From the IMG/VR virus record IMGVR_UViG_3300030117_007501, positions 64,001-128,000 of that record: a stretch of 64,000 nucleotides of DNA. The stretch is one strand, 5' to 3'. The notes below the pieces were generated by a model. The model searched no databases and was not told the origin of the DNA. It saw only the letters and a program-made list of their open reading frames with translations. Shown here in pieces: positions 1 to 9,662 of this stretch. A program made the position numbers and the translations under genes. How positions within the stretch are numbered: position 1 is the first letter of the stretch; every line of letters starts with the position of its first letter. Source of the DNA: a virus.

Positions 1-2
1 GT

Positions 3-1796
3 CGCGATGGTGATTTACAGCAGGTGTTCGACGCACCAGACGATGAAGTAGGCGAGAGAGCTATCTATAAAGCAGTGACAATAAATACTTTCGGGAATGA
101 CAAGGATTACGATATATTAGGTGAAGAAGAGAAGGAAAAAATAGATGAAATAGCTGCAGATATTGTCCACAGTGGATATATAAACGTCCTAGACAATCCT
201 CCGGATCCTACAGGAAGCTGGGAAGAGGAAATCACAAACCTAGAGGCGGAATACCAAGAAAAAATCAAGCATGCATACTACAGCGCTGAAGTTGAAGACT
301 ACGGTGAAGGCAATTATGTATCGTTTAGTGGGGGATTTACAGTAGAGATTGATGAAGGGAAGTTCAAAGGAGGAGAGTACGAGTTTCCTGACAATTATCG
401 GGATTTGACTGAAGTCACGCGTGATATATCTAGCAGACTTGAAAGGGCTCAAATATATCATGAAGATGTAGAAATCTCAGACTACGATGGAAAAGTAATA
501 TTTGAAATTAGAGCAAGTACTGATGGTTTTGAGCTGGATCCACAAGGGTATGACTCTTTTCTATATCAACTTTCCGGTTACGACAAGAATTATGGCACGA
601 TACAACGAATCATAAACAAGTATTTGGCGCAAAAAGGATATATCGCAAAAGCAGCGTTCGACACATTTCAAGCAACGCTTGAAGAGTTACAAAAGAAGCT
701 TAAGAACTTTAAAATCACCGATTATAGTGAATATGCTGGTGAAGAGGAGATAATATTTGCTAGCAAGGAAAATCTAATAATAACAGATTTTAGCCCGTTC
801 TTAGTTAAACAAATATCTGAATATGTTGGTGGCAAATATGTCAGCGAAGAAGTTAATCAGAGAATGTTTGAAAAATTAAAAGAACTCAACCAAGCGATAC
901 AAACTTATCTCTCACAACAGCTCGAATTACCTCTGCAGGGAGCCGATCCTCGCGTTGTCAGAAAACTAGCTATACCAGAGACATTGCGAGTTGTCCTTTA
1001 CGACAGCCTCAATCTAAATGATGAAAACTCCACCTTTGCCAAAATCTCCGTAAGGATAGATAACCCAGAGGCTAGCCAGGAAGAGATAGATATGGTTGTC
1101 GATGTTGTTCAATTTCTGGATGAGAATTACGAAAGAGTTGTTGGTGCTGCCATTGAATCTGCACAAGAGTTGGCAGCTGAAGTCTGGAGTGCTCAGAAAG
1201 AGTTTATGGATAACTTGCCCCCTGTTGCAAAAGAGGTGCTTGAACTGGGCAAAAACTCAACCGATCATGATGCAAAAAGAAGGATGGATAGAGTCAAAGA
1301 CATATCGATAGGGGCGTGGAGAAACGAAAGAGACGAAATATCTACAATGTCAATACTAGTAACTCAGGTGCTATCACCTCTTTTTAGAATACTCAAGTTT
1401 AACGGAGACGTAGGCCATGAAGTTCAAAACCCATTCACCACAGCAGAGATAGATGATTTGATGCGCCTAACAATGGAGTCCAATGATATGAACAGCAACC
1501 TTAACAGAAGAATTAAAGAAATTTATATAAAACGAAGTTGTACGAAGAAAACAACTGGGGAGAAAGGCGACTGTGCCGTACTTAGCCCCTCCACGAAGAA
1601 GCAAACTGCTTGCTATGATGATTGCGATACTGCGAGGGCTGCAAAACACATGAATGAAGAAGCAGAAGAGTTTTTCTCAAAAATCAAAAAAGAATCAGAA
1701 CTAGATGATAAAGACAACATAATAAAAAACAGAAAGTATGATATCATAGATATTATGGATCCAGACTTTAATCTGTGGGAGGTAAATGATGAATAG
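3..1796 (+). CDS. Large acidic hypothetical phage protein, 5'-truncated by the window
   Basis: Frame is open from the window edge; ORF of at least 590 aa, D/E-rich, with a short Cys-containing C-terminal module; no recognised family. Confidence 0.75.
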   Translation, partial: RDGDLQQVFDAPDDEVGERAIYKAVTINTFGNDKDYDILGEEEKEKIDEIAADIVHSGYINVLDNPPDPTGSWEEEITNLEAEYQEKIKHAYYSAEVEDYGEGNYVSFSGGFTVEIDEGKFKGGEYEFPDNYRDLTEVTRDISSRLERAQIYHEDVEISDYDGKVIFEIRASTDGFELDPQGYDSFLYQLSGYDKNYGTIQRIINKYLAQKGYIAKAAFDTFQATLEELQKKLKNFKITDYSEYAGEEEIIFASKENLIITDFSPFLVKQISEYVGGKYVSEEVNQRMFEKLKELNQAIQTYLSQQLELPLQGADPRVVRKLAIPETLRVVLYDSLNLNDENSTFAKISVRIDNPEASQEEIDMVVDVVQFLDENYERVVGAAIESAQELAAEVWSAQKEFMDNLPPVAKEVLELGKNSTDHDAKRRMDRVKDISIGAWRNERDEISTMSILVTQVLSPLFRILKFNGDVGHEVQNPFTTAEIDDLMRLTMESNDMNSNLNRRIKEIYIKRSCTKKTTGEKGDCAVLSPSTKKQTACYDDCDTARAAKHMNEEAEEFFSKIKKESELDDKDNIIKNRKYDIIDIMDPDFNLWEVNDE

Positions 1797-1974
1797 TGAT
1801 TCTCTACTATATCTTATAACTGGTTTTACCCTTGTTAACTCTTTTCTATGTTTGCTGTTACCTTTCCTCTTGTCCAAGCAATTATTGCAACTAAGAGAGG
1901 ATATAGAGATGACAGCTCGAAACCCAATGGCAGCTAAAAAAGAATTCATTAAAAGAAAAAGAGAAGGAAAGTGA
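1789..1974 (+). CDS. Small single-TM membrane protein
   Basis: Hydrophobic LLYLITGFTLVNSFLCLLLPFLL then a basic tail; GGAGG SD upstream. Confidence 0.6.
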   Translation: MNSDSLLYLITGFTLVNSFLCLLLPFLLSKQLLQLREDIEMTARNPMAAKKEFIKRKREGK

Positions 1975-2240
1975 AAAAAAAGAAAAGAATCGTTTTCCCC
2001 GATCTTTTCTTACAAATTGTCAACTCCTTCACAAAAGAGCCGCGAAGCGATATACCCGACAACACTAGAGATGAAACAGACACACTCTTGTCTCTCTTGG
2101 GTGTGGAACCCACATTAGCGCTAGACTATCTAAACTGTTGGCTTATATTAAAAAAAATATCCCCGCTACCCGAAGATGTCTTAAAGACTTTTGAACAATC
2201 TGTTACTATACTGTTGTCTTCTAAAAATAAAAAGGACTAA
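1971..2240 (+). CDS. Hypothetical protein
   Basis: 89-aa ORF, GTGA overlap with the previous stop. Confidence 0.55.
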   Translation: MKKKKRIVFPDLFLQIVNSFTKEPRSDIPDNTRDETDTLLSLLGVEPTLALDYLNCWLILKKISPLPEDVLKTFEQSVTILLSSKNKKD

Positions 2241-2242
2241 TC

Positions 2243-3241
2243 ATGATAGCAGATGTAATTGTTGACTTGCAGTACGGTGACTGTGGCAAAGGTAAGGTTG
2301 CGCACCACCTAGCTAGAACTGGTGAGTATACTCACGTAATAAGATATAATGGTGGATGTAACGCTGGGCACACGATTTATCACGAAGGGAAGAAGTTTGT
2401 AACACACCATATACCGTGCGGAGTGTTCTTTGGTATCAGATCTATTATCGGGCCCGGGTGTGTGATTAACGTAAAGAAGTTTTTTGATGAGATTGATGAA
2501 TTGGAGTCTCACGGAATTAATGCACGTGGGCTAATAGGGGTGGCATCAAATGCTCATATCATCACTGACTTTCACATGGCTCAAGATGGGCAAGACGAAA
2601 TCATAGGTACGACAAAGAGGGGCAATGGACCGGCATATAGAGATAAGTACGCAAGAAGAGGAGTTCGAGCAATTGAGATACCTGAACTTGAGCCCTTCAT
2701 TGTCGACATGTATACGGAATTGCACGATAGTCCATTCTATGAAGAGAGTGTAATACTTTTTGAAGGAGCACAAGGGTTTGGGCTGGATATTGATTGGGGT
2801 GATTACCCCTACGTAACTTCTAGTCATTGCACGGTTGGTGGTGCTATATTAAATGGAGTACCAGCTAGAAGTATTCGTGATGTCTGGGGTGTAGCTAAAA
2901 TTTATGAAACCTATGTCGGAAATAAATTGTTTGAAGGCGTCGATCCAATCTTTGCAAAGATTAGAGAAGCAGGTGAAGAATTTGGCGCAACAACGGGACG
3001 CCCAAGACAAGTAAATTGGATGGATTTTGATAACATGATTAAAGCTATTGATATCAATGGTGTTAACAAGCTAGTGATAAACAAGGTAGATGTACTAGAA
3101 GAGGTAGGCAGGTGGTGTGTTTATTCTGGAATTAACCAATTCGAATTCGACAAATCTGCAGACATGCAATTCTGGATAGAGGAAAATCTTAAAGATAAAG
3201 ATGTGGAAATAATGTTTTCTTCTTGCAAAGATGCTATATAG
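2243..3241 (+). CDS. purA: Adenylosuccinate synthetase (short, 332 aa)
   Basis: QYGDCGKGK, RYNGGCNAGHT, GTTKRGNGPAY, FEGAQG, YPYVTSS, GATTGRPRQ and NKVD motifs. Confidence 0.93.
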   Translation: MIADVIVDLQYGDCGKGKVAHHLARTGEYTHVIRYNGGCNAGHTIYHEGKKFVTHHIPCGVFFGIRSIIGPGCVINVKKFFDEIDELESHGINARGLIGVASNAHIITDFHMAQDGQDEIIGTTKRGNGPAYRDKYARRGVRAIEIPELEPFIVDMYTELHDSPFYEESVILFEGAQGFGLDIDWGDYPYVTSSHCTVGGAILNGVPARSIRDVWGVAKIYETYVGNKLFEGVDPIFAKIREAGEEFGATTGRPRQVNWMDFDNMIKAIDINGVNKLVINKVDVLEEVGRWCVYSGINQFEFDKSADMQFWIEENLKDKDVEIMFSSCKDAI

Positions 3242-3255
3242 GGGCTATTTATAGT

Positions 3256-3846
3256 ATGTCTTTCAAACGAAAAAGAAAACCAACCTTCGAAAATACCTAT
3301 ACTAGCAACAAGTTGGATGATATTAACGAACAATTTGCAAAAACTACCGCAATTGCCGGAAACACTACAATAACCATAGGTTCATCAGCCAGTACTGATA
3401 TTGGAATGAGCGGAGTTAATTTGCAAGATGAACAATTCAGCGTTAGCGATGGTACCGTATCTGTGACATATACATACTTGCAGGCATGCAACTCAGACAA
3501 TTCAGATTGTCCGTCAGCTACACAACTCAAGACAGGATCTGGTAGGACAGCAGCGCAGGCTGCAGCTGAAATAGCTACAAAAATCAATGCTAGCTCTCTA
3601 AGCATAACAGCTAGCGCTTCTTTGAACGTTGTAACTCTCACACCTGCCACTGGCGTTACAATAACCGTTACAGAATTAAATGATGGACAACTAGGCGGAA
3701 ACGCCAGTGACTGGGTTGCCGCTACTGCAGCTGATAGCACAACCACAACTACATCAAAAGCTGTTCCATTTGTGTATGGAGTTTGTGGCGCCTTCAATAT
3801 AAGAAAACGTTCTACTGCAATACCCTATAAAACCACTTTAAAGTGA
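3256..3846 (+). CDS. Ala/Thr/Ser-rich putative virion structural protein
   Basis: Start reassigned to ATG 3256 (TATTTA-tagt-ATG); contains an AAEIATKIN...VVTLT module resembling those in 53369-56032. Confidence 0.65.
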   Translation: MSFKRKRKPTFENTYTSNKLDDINEQFAKTTAIAGNTTITIGSSASTDIGMSGVNLQDEQFSVSDGTVSVTYTYLQACNSDNSDCPSATQLKTGSGRTAAQAAAEIATKINASSLSITASASLNVVTLTPATGVTITVTELNDGQLGGNASDWVAATAADSTTTTTSKAVPFVYGVCGAFNIRKRSTAIPYKTTLK

Positions 3847-3903
3847 CATAAACGATCAAAACCTCTAATTACTAAGTATTATTGTTATTTGAGGCGCCAT
3901 ATT

Positions 3904-4800
3904 ATGATAGATGATATAAAACCGCTAGCTGAAGAATTCATGTCTTACTGTCAAAAGAAGCATGGGTTTGAAAAACCTCCTGTAATGAATTTTATAGAAG
4001 ACGAAGAGAATGCCATGGATCCCATGGGTAAGACTGCATATTACGATCCTCAAAAACAAGAAATAACTCTGTACATAACCAATCGCCACCCGAAAGATAT
4101 ACTTCGCTCTTTGGCACACGAACTCACTCACCACCTACAAAACCTTAGAGGGGAGTTTGATAATATTGGTGAACTAGGAGAGGATTACGCCCAGACAGAT
4201 GATCATATGAGAAAAATGGAATTTGAAGCATATGCCTCTGGATTGGACGTACGAGATTTTGAAAATGATAGAAAAAAAGCTTTACAAAAGGAGTCAAGTA
4301 ACATGAGCACCAGTATTAAATCATTGCTGAGAAAAATTATTAAAGAAGTTTTAGACGAAAACAAGGTTGAAGAGGGATTCAAGAGTCTCGATGATCTTCC
4401 TCGCGCGCCCGAGGAGGCAACAGACATGTTTGGACGCAAGGAGGAAGAAGACGAGGAGTACGTAAAGAATCCTAAAGATCCTCGTACACACTTAAACAGG
4501 TACGGAGATCCTATCTGGCCGGACGGTTCGCCTAGGCTACATTCAAAATCTTGGCGCCCCGACGAAGAAGAATTAACAGAAGAAGAAGAGGCTTTGTTAG
4601 ATTCTGTTCTTAATGAGACTGAAGAAGAAACACTTGAAGAAAATGAAGAAGAAACTCTCGAAGAGGAAGCTTCGACAGATACAGAAGAGACAACAAAGGT
4701 TCAGACACCAGAACAAGAAAACGCCATTTACGAAAGCAGGTTCACAAGCAGAGACAACAAACTTTTTGAAAGACTGCTTAACAAGTGGGCAAAAAAGTAG
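3904..4800 (+). CDS. Zincin-like (HExxH) metallopeptidase-domain protein with acidic tail
   Basis: LRSLAHELTHHLQ plus downstream EFEAY; LRKIIKEVLDE segment and E-rich C-terminus. Confidence 0.7.
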   Translation: MIDDIKPLAEEFMSYCQKKHGFEKPPVMNFIEDEENAMDPMGKTAYYDPQKQEITLYITNRHPKDILRSLAHELTHHLQNLRGEFDNIGELGEDYAQTDDHMRKMEFEAYASGLDVRDFENDRKKALQKESSNMSTSIKSLLRKIIKEVLDENKVEEGFKSLDDLPRAPEEATDMFGRKEEEDEEYVKNPKDPRTHLNRYGDPIWPDGSPRLHSKSWRPDEEELTEEEEALLDSVLNETEEETLEENEEETLEEEASTDTEETTKVQTPEQENAIYESRFTSRDNKLFERLLNKWAKK

Positions 4801-4815
4801 TAGGATAATCATATT

Positions 4816-7188
4816 ATGTCTAACAAGCAACTTCTAACAGAGGGTGGTGCTGCAGGACACATGTCCCACCCCTATGAAAACGTAGGTTTGACGTTCGCGA
4901 AACTTAAGGAGATGTTTAAAATAGCATCACAGGGGTTTCCCGGACTCAAGGTTACTGAAAAGCTTGATGGGCAAAACATTTTTATTTCCTACAACCCTGT
5001 TAGGCAGGAGGCTCTGGCAATAAGGAACAAATCTCATGCCCAAGCCGGTGGCATAAATAAGAAAACATTAATAGCTGCCCTCACAACTGACAGGCCTGTC
5101 GACAAAAGAGTTCCCCAAAGTGTTGTTGAGGCTTATGTTGACGCTCTCACTAATTTCGAAACTGTCGCAAACCTTGTTCCTGGCGAGTATTTTGTTCGGG
5201 AAGACGGAGGACTAATCTTTTACAATGCAGAAGTTATGGATCCTAGAAGCCCAAATGTAGTCGATTATGATGCTCAGACTCTTGCAGTTCATAGAGTTGG
5301 ACACGTAGTTGTGATAGACGGCGTGTCTCATAAACTAGAATCAGAAGAGGCGGAAAGACACGCGATACAGCTAGAAGAAATATTAGACAACATGGCTGAT
5401 GACTCTAGTATGCCTTCTGTCAAAGTAAATGCCATTAATGATTTTAAAGACTTTGTAGAAAAGAAGGATGCATATAAAAGAGCTATATCCAATGTCGATA
5501 GTATAATACGCGACGTTGGAATATCTCATGGACAGACTCTCGGCGATTATCTTAAAACAAGAGTTTTTATTATATTAAGTAGAAAGTTGGCAAACATGAA
5601 CTTCAGTCAAGAGGCTGTCGACGCCATGGCTGAAGCTGTTGTTTTTTATGGTAGTGAAAAGAAGATGCCTAGAGTGAAGACTGAAATCGCAATTGCGCTG
5701 TCTGAAATTCCAGAACATCTAACTCAGGAGAGGGAAGTATGTGTTAATATATTGAGAGACAGGGTGGCTCTCAAGGAATTATCAGACGCAGCTTCACAGC
5801 CGTTAATTAATGTAGTGCATAAATTTGCAGTTGAAATACTTGAGAATTTTACAAGCGCTTACATCATGCAAGCTGACGTTACAGTCGGAAAGCTCCGAAA
5901 GAAAATAGGACAGAAAATGAAGGATATCAGAGCATCTGCTGATCCTGATGATCTTCAAAAACTTCAAATAGGGCTGCAAAAGATACTAGGTGGTGAAGTA
6001 TCGGCAGAAGAGGTTCTCAGCGATGCTTCAATTGCTGCAGCACTAGAAAAAATAACGACAGCTGTAGAGGGGATTGTTTTCGAATTCGAAGGTAAGACAT
6101 ATAAGTTTACAGGCAACTTCGCACCGATAAACCAAATAATGGGATTGGGAAGGTACAGTAGAGGATCAAAGAAAGAAGTTTCAGAAGACATTCTAGGTGA
6201 AGATCCGACTCCAGAAATAGAAGAAGAGTCTCCTGAAGTTTCTAGAAAAATAGCAGTTTTTCCTGGAAAATTTAAACCTCCTCATCGCGGACATCTTCAT
6301 TTAGTGAAGGAGACTCTAGCAAAGGGAGCAGACAAAGTAGTTATATTTGTTTCTCCTCTTTCAAAGGGAGATATATCAGCTGAAGAATCTATATCAGTTT
6401 GGAATCTTTATCTTCGCTCATCAGCGATAGATCCTAACAGGGTTGTGGTAATGAGATCTCCATATAACTCCCCAGTAATGGCAGCGTATTCAATAATGGA
6501 TGAGGCAATTCCTGGCTTACGCAATCAAGGTATACCTCAACCAGGGGACATGATAATACCAGTCGCTAGCACCAAGCCAGACGAGCGAGGAATTTCTGAT
6601 ATTCAAAGATTTGCTAAATTTTCTCAATACAGTCCAAAACTAGAAGGTGTGGTGCCAGCTGATGTGCGGGATTGGGCGGTAGATCCAGAACTGGATTCGC
6701 AGGGAACTTATAATGCTAGTGATTTTCGAGCCGCGCTAGATAGCGCACAAGATATATCTAGGTTTATACCTGATGGTGTTTCGCAAGATGAGGTTCGGCA
6801 GCTGTTGAACTTTTTCTCCAGCGAAGAGGAATCTCCGTCAAACATTAACGAAACTTTATTTTCAATGATAGAAAAGATACTAGTTTCAGAAGGTGATTGG
6901 CAACCGGTTGCGAAAAAGAGATTGAGAAAGGGTATGAAAAGAATTTTTGGTGGAAAAAAAGATATCATCAAACATGGAAAACCATTCACCATCGATCCAA
7001 ACATAGGATCATCAAATGCGTTTTTGGCAAAAGAGTCGGACTGCGCCGATGAAGAGACTGAAGAGCTTGAAGAGATATCTGCAATGGGCGGCGCCGGTGG
7101 CGGCGCAGTGCAAGGATATTCTGCTCCTATCGGCAAAAAAGAAGACGAAGAAGAATTAGACGAAAACCAAGAAGAAGAAACTAATTAA
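4816..7188 (+). CDS. Fusion of a ligase-like nucleotidyltransferase domain and a HIGH-class cytidylyltransferase-like domain
   Basis: TEKLDG (motif I-like), EGIVF and YKFTG (IV/V-like), then AVFPGKFKPPHRGH (HxGH). Confidence 0.7.
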   Translation: MSNKQLLTEGGAAGHMSHPYENVGLTFAKLKEMFKIASQGFPGLKVTEKLDGQNIFISYNPVRQEALAIRNKSHAQAGGINKKTLIAALTTDRPVDKRVPQSVVEAYVDALTNFETVANLVPGEYFVREDGGLIFYNAEVMDPRSPNVVDYDAQTLAVHRVGHVVVIDGVSHKLESEEAERHAIQLEEILDNMADDSSMPSVKVNAINDFKDFVEKKDAYKRAISNVDSIIRDVGISHGQTLGDYLKTRVFIILSRKLANMNFSQEAVDAMAEAVVFYGSEKKMPRVKTEIAIALSEIPEHLTQEREVCVNILRDRVALKELSDAASQPLINVVHKFAVEILENFTSAYIMQADVTVGKLRKKIGQKMKDIRASADPDDLQKLQIGLQKILGGEVSAEEVLSDASIAAALEKITTAVEGIVFEFEGKTYKFTGNFAPINQIMGLGRYSRGSKKEVSEDILGEDPTPEIEEESPEVSRKIAVFPGKFKPPHRGHLHLVKETLAKGADKVVIFVSPLSKGDISAEESISVWNLYLRSSAIDPNRVVVMRSPYNSPVMAAYSIMDEAIPGLRNQGIPQPGDMIIPVASTKPDERGISDIQRFAKFSQYSPKLEGVVPADVRDWAVDPELDSQGTYNASDFRAALDSAQDISRFIPDGVSQDEVRQLLNFFSSEEESPSNINETLFSMIEKILVSEGDWQPVAKKRLRKGMKRIFGGKKDIIKHGKPFTIDPNIGSSNAFLAKESDCADEETEELEEISAMGGAGGGAVQGYSAPIGKKEDEEELDENQEEETN

Positions 7189-7209
7189 AATAAATTGGGA
7201 GACTTTTAA

Positions 7210-8022
7210 ATGTTATCAAGAGAAGAAATGGCAAAAGAAATGGTTTTGAGAGAAAATATCCAAAAAGCCGTATCGATAGTTAAGAATCGACACATTCAGG
7301 CTAGAACTACAGAAATTTTGCAAGAAATCAAGCTCCGCTCCATTATACAATCTCTGATAGTTGAAGCTGCAGCTGATCCAGAAGAGGATCCTCATGAGAA
7401 CACAGGAATCAATGTATTGAGAGATATGTTGAAGAACTCCAATATATTGAAAACACTATCGCAGGCATTCAAGTCTCTAACAACCGACAAAAACCAAAGA
7501 GACTCATTTAGAGCGCACATTGTTAATGCTGTACAGAGCACTTTGGCGCCAATAATGGCAAACGATGAAGCTTCTACTGAACCTTCATCAGATTTAGAAG
7601 AAGAAATCGAAATTGACATAGAAGATGACAAGTTCATACCCACCGATGATGTCGAAGTAGAAGAAGAGCCTGAAGAGGATCCGAAAGCAGATTTTTCACT
7701 AGATGGTGAAGATGAAACCGGAAGAAACAGAGCTTTTGAAGTTTATAATAAAATAGAACAATCAATAATAGATTACTTTAGCGTACTTGGAAATGAGCAA
7801 GATAAAGAAATGTTCTATGACTATCTTATAACTAACATTAAGTTATATTTCGACAAATTTGAAGAAGAATTGTCGACAAAAATTCAAGAACCCACCAACC
7901 CAGAATACGAAGACGCTAAAGATGCCGTATCTGATGAGGCGCTAGCTGATGAAGAGCCTCCACCAGAAGAGCCAGGCGCAGAAGAAGAAGCAGACATAGA
8001 TATCGACTCCTTGCTAGCTTAA
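7210..8022 (+). CDS. Acidic hypothetical protein, possibly head-internal
   Basis: 270 aa, very D/E-rich, with an LRSIIQSLIVE segment. Confidence 0.7.
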   Translation: MLSREEMAKEMVLRENIQKAVSIVKNRHIQARTTEILQEIKLRSIIQSLIVEAAADPEEDPHENTGINVLRDMLKNSNILKTLSQAFKSLTTDKNQRDSFRAHIVNAVQSTLAPIMANDEASTEPSSDLEEEIEIDIEDDKFIPTDDVEVEEEPEEDPKADFSLDGEDETGRNRAFEVYNKIEQSIIDYFSVLGNEQDKEMFYDYLITNIKLYFDKFEEELSTKIQEPTNPEYEDAKDAVSDEALADEEPPPEEPGAEEEADIDIDSLLA

Positions 8023-8229
8023 TTTTTTTCTTTACTTTTCCTGAAATATATGCTATAAATACTTTGTATTAACGAAGCATTTGTTGAGTTAATTAAAACA
8101 AAGAAGCTTAAAGAAATTGTATAGAAAAAAATTAATATGAAAATTAAAATATTATGATTACTGAAAAGTTAAGAAACTACCTTACGTTAAGGGTATAGCT
8201 ATGTCTTATGTTAAGACGTGTGATTGAAT

Positions 8230-8580
8230 ATGCAGAACCCTAGATCTAAAAACAATAAAACACACCAATATAGTCTTGCTAGAGAACTCAGAAATTCTAG
8301 AAAAACAACTGAGCAATTTGAAATGATGCTTTCTAATCTAAAACTAGAAGAGATAATAGCTCTTAAGTTAGAATTGTCAGCTGGCCCCTTAAAAGGTAAA
8401 TTGTTTGGGTTTCCATTGTGGAATTCTTCTTTTCATATTGTTAAAAGCGCATTAATTAATTTTGCTCTGTCAGCTGCCTCATCTCATAAAGAGGCAGCAA
8501 ACATACTTGGAATAAGCCTCTCAGAATTAAGAAAAAGCATTAAACAATTTAATATTAAGCAATCAGGAGATGAGAAGTGA
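8230..8580 (+). CDS. Putative Fis-like HTH DNA-binding protein
   Basis: C-terminal SHKEAANILGISLSELRKSIKQF resembles an HTH. Confidence 0.55.
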   Translation: MQNPRSKNNKTHQYSLARELRNSRKTTEQFEMMLSNLKLEEIIALKLELSAGPLKGKLFGFPLWNSSFHIVKSALINFALSAASSHKEAANILGISLSELRKSIKQFNIKQSGDEK

Positions 8581-9020
8581 CAAATTTATTTTTATTAATA
8601 TCGCTATTGGTGCCTACGTTAGCACCGCCAAAAGTTGAGGCTGTTAAACCACCAAAAATCCCAACTATTAAAGAAGCTTCATTGGACGAGGTTTTTAAGT
8701 ATTGTCCAGTTTTATCAGAAAGTTATTCAATGCCAAAAACAATATATGATCCGGGCCCGGCGGTGCACTTGATCAAGCTTGATAATTGCTTAGAAACAAA
8801 GTCACTACTAGTGGTTTCCTGGGTAGGTAAAAGCAGAAATTTAGAAAGAATTTTTACAGAATTGGTAGTCACTCATTATGCGTTGTTTGTGGCAGAAAAA
8901 ACAAAGGAAAAGACAACAGTCGAATATGTCAACACTAAATCTCAAAAGCCTGTAGATCCTAGATTGCCAGCTGACTTTGAGGGTATGGCTAATTTTGCTT
9001 TTTACATTTTAAAGAACTAG
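8577..9020 (+). CDS. Putative secreted protein
   Basis: N-terminal signal-like LFLLISLLVPTLA; AGGAG SD. Confidence 0.6.
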   Translation: MTNLFLLISLLVPTLAPPKVEAVKPPKIPTIKEASLDEVFKYCPVLSESYSMPKTIYDPGPAVHLIKLDNCLETKSLLVVSWVGKSRNLERIFTELVVTHYALFVAEKTKEKTTVEYVNTKSQKPVDPRLPADFEGMANFAFYILKN

Positions 9021-9119
9021 TTAATTATGAAAGCTTTCAGACAGCTTTCAAGCAAGTTTTTATAGTTCTTTTTGTTTTGTCGCTAATAGTCTCGAGCCAA
9101 AAAAAGATTAAATCATATT

Positions 9120-9147
9120 AGGCACGTCGATTGGCGTGCCTTTTTAT
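9120..9147 (+). terminator. Rho-independent terminator
   Basis: AGGCACGTC-GATT-GGCGTGCCT stem-loop followed by TTTTAT. Confidence 0.8.
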
Positions 9148-9205
9148 GTTTGCTGAAATAATTACTATACAACGTTGAAGACGAAGACACAAGGAGAGGA
9201 TATAA

Positions 9206-9535
9206 ATGCCAAAATTCAATGGACAAAACAAAAAGAAAATAGATCCAAGATACTTCATGGACGAAAAGAAGGAAACTATCTCAGAGTCAAAAGAAGAGGT
9301 AAAAGCCGAAGGGCAATATCCATCCCCCAGTGGAGATTCAGTCACAGACGAAGACGTGGTAAGATCAGTATACAATCTTTTAAAAGATAACCAAAGTTCA
9401 GGTTATCGAGCACTTGCCGGCAGGTTCATGGAAATGATGAAAGAGCGGGGAGTGATATCACAAGAATCAGGAGAAGAAATGGACAAGAGTTACAAAGCTC
9501 GTGCTGCCCGCCTAGCGGGTATACCAGGAATCTAA
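9206..9535 (+). CDS. Hypothetical protein
   Basis: 109-aa ORF with a strong AGGAGAGG SD. Confidence 0.75.
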   Translation: MPKFNGQNKKKIDPRYFMDEKKETISESKEEVKAEGQYPSPSGDSVTDEDVVRSVYNLLKDNQSSGYRALAGRFMEMMKERGVISQESGEEMDKSYKARAARLAGIPGI

Positions 9536-9561
9536 AACAACACCCTAGGGAGACTATTAAT

Positions 9562-9660
9562 ATGAAGAATTTTATGCACAAACTATTGAACCTTTTTAAC
9601 CCAAAGCACTGCTGCTGCTGTTGCGGATGTTGCGCATGCGAGAAGGCTTGTTGTAGTTAA
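9562..9660 (+). CDS. 32-aa Cys-rich micropeptide MKNFMHKLLNLFNPKHCCCCCGCCACEKACCS
   Basis: Translated by hand; AGGGAG SD at about 9547-9552; fills the intergenic gap; 10 Cys using both TGC and TGT. Confidence 0.7.
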   Translation: MKNFMHKLLNLFNPKHCCCCCGCCACEKACCS

Positions 9661-9662
9661 TA

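Noticed and set aside
2243-3241. PurZ (2-aminoadenine Z-genome enzyme)
   Set aside because: It retains the PurA catalytic Asp (GDxGKG) and the GATTGRxR loop, whereas PurZ has Ser at that position; no datZ or mazZ neighbours are seen
8054-8061. T4-type late promoter TATAAATA as this phage's late consensus
   Set aside because: Only one occurrence was noticed, and it doubles as a sigma70 -10 element; structural genes are preceded by TAnTTA instead
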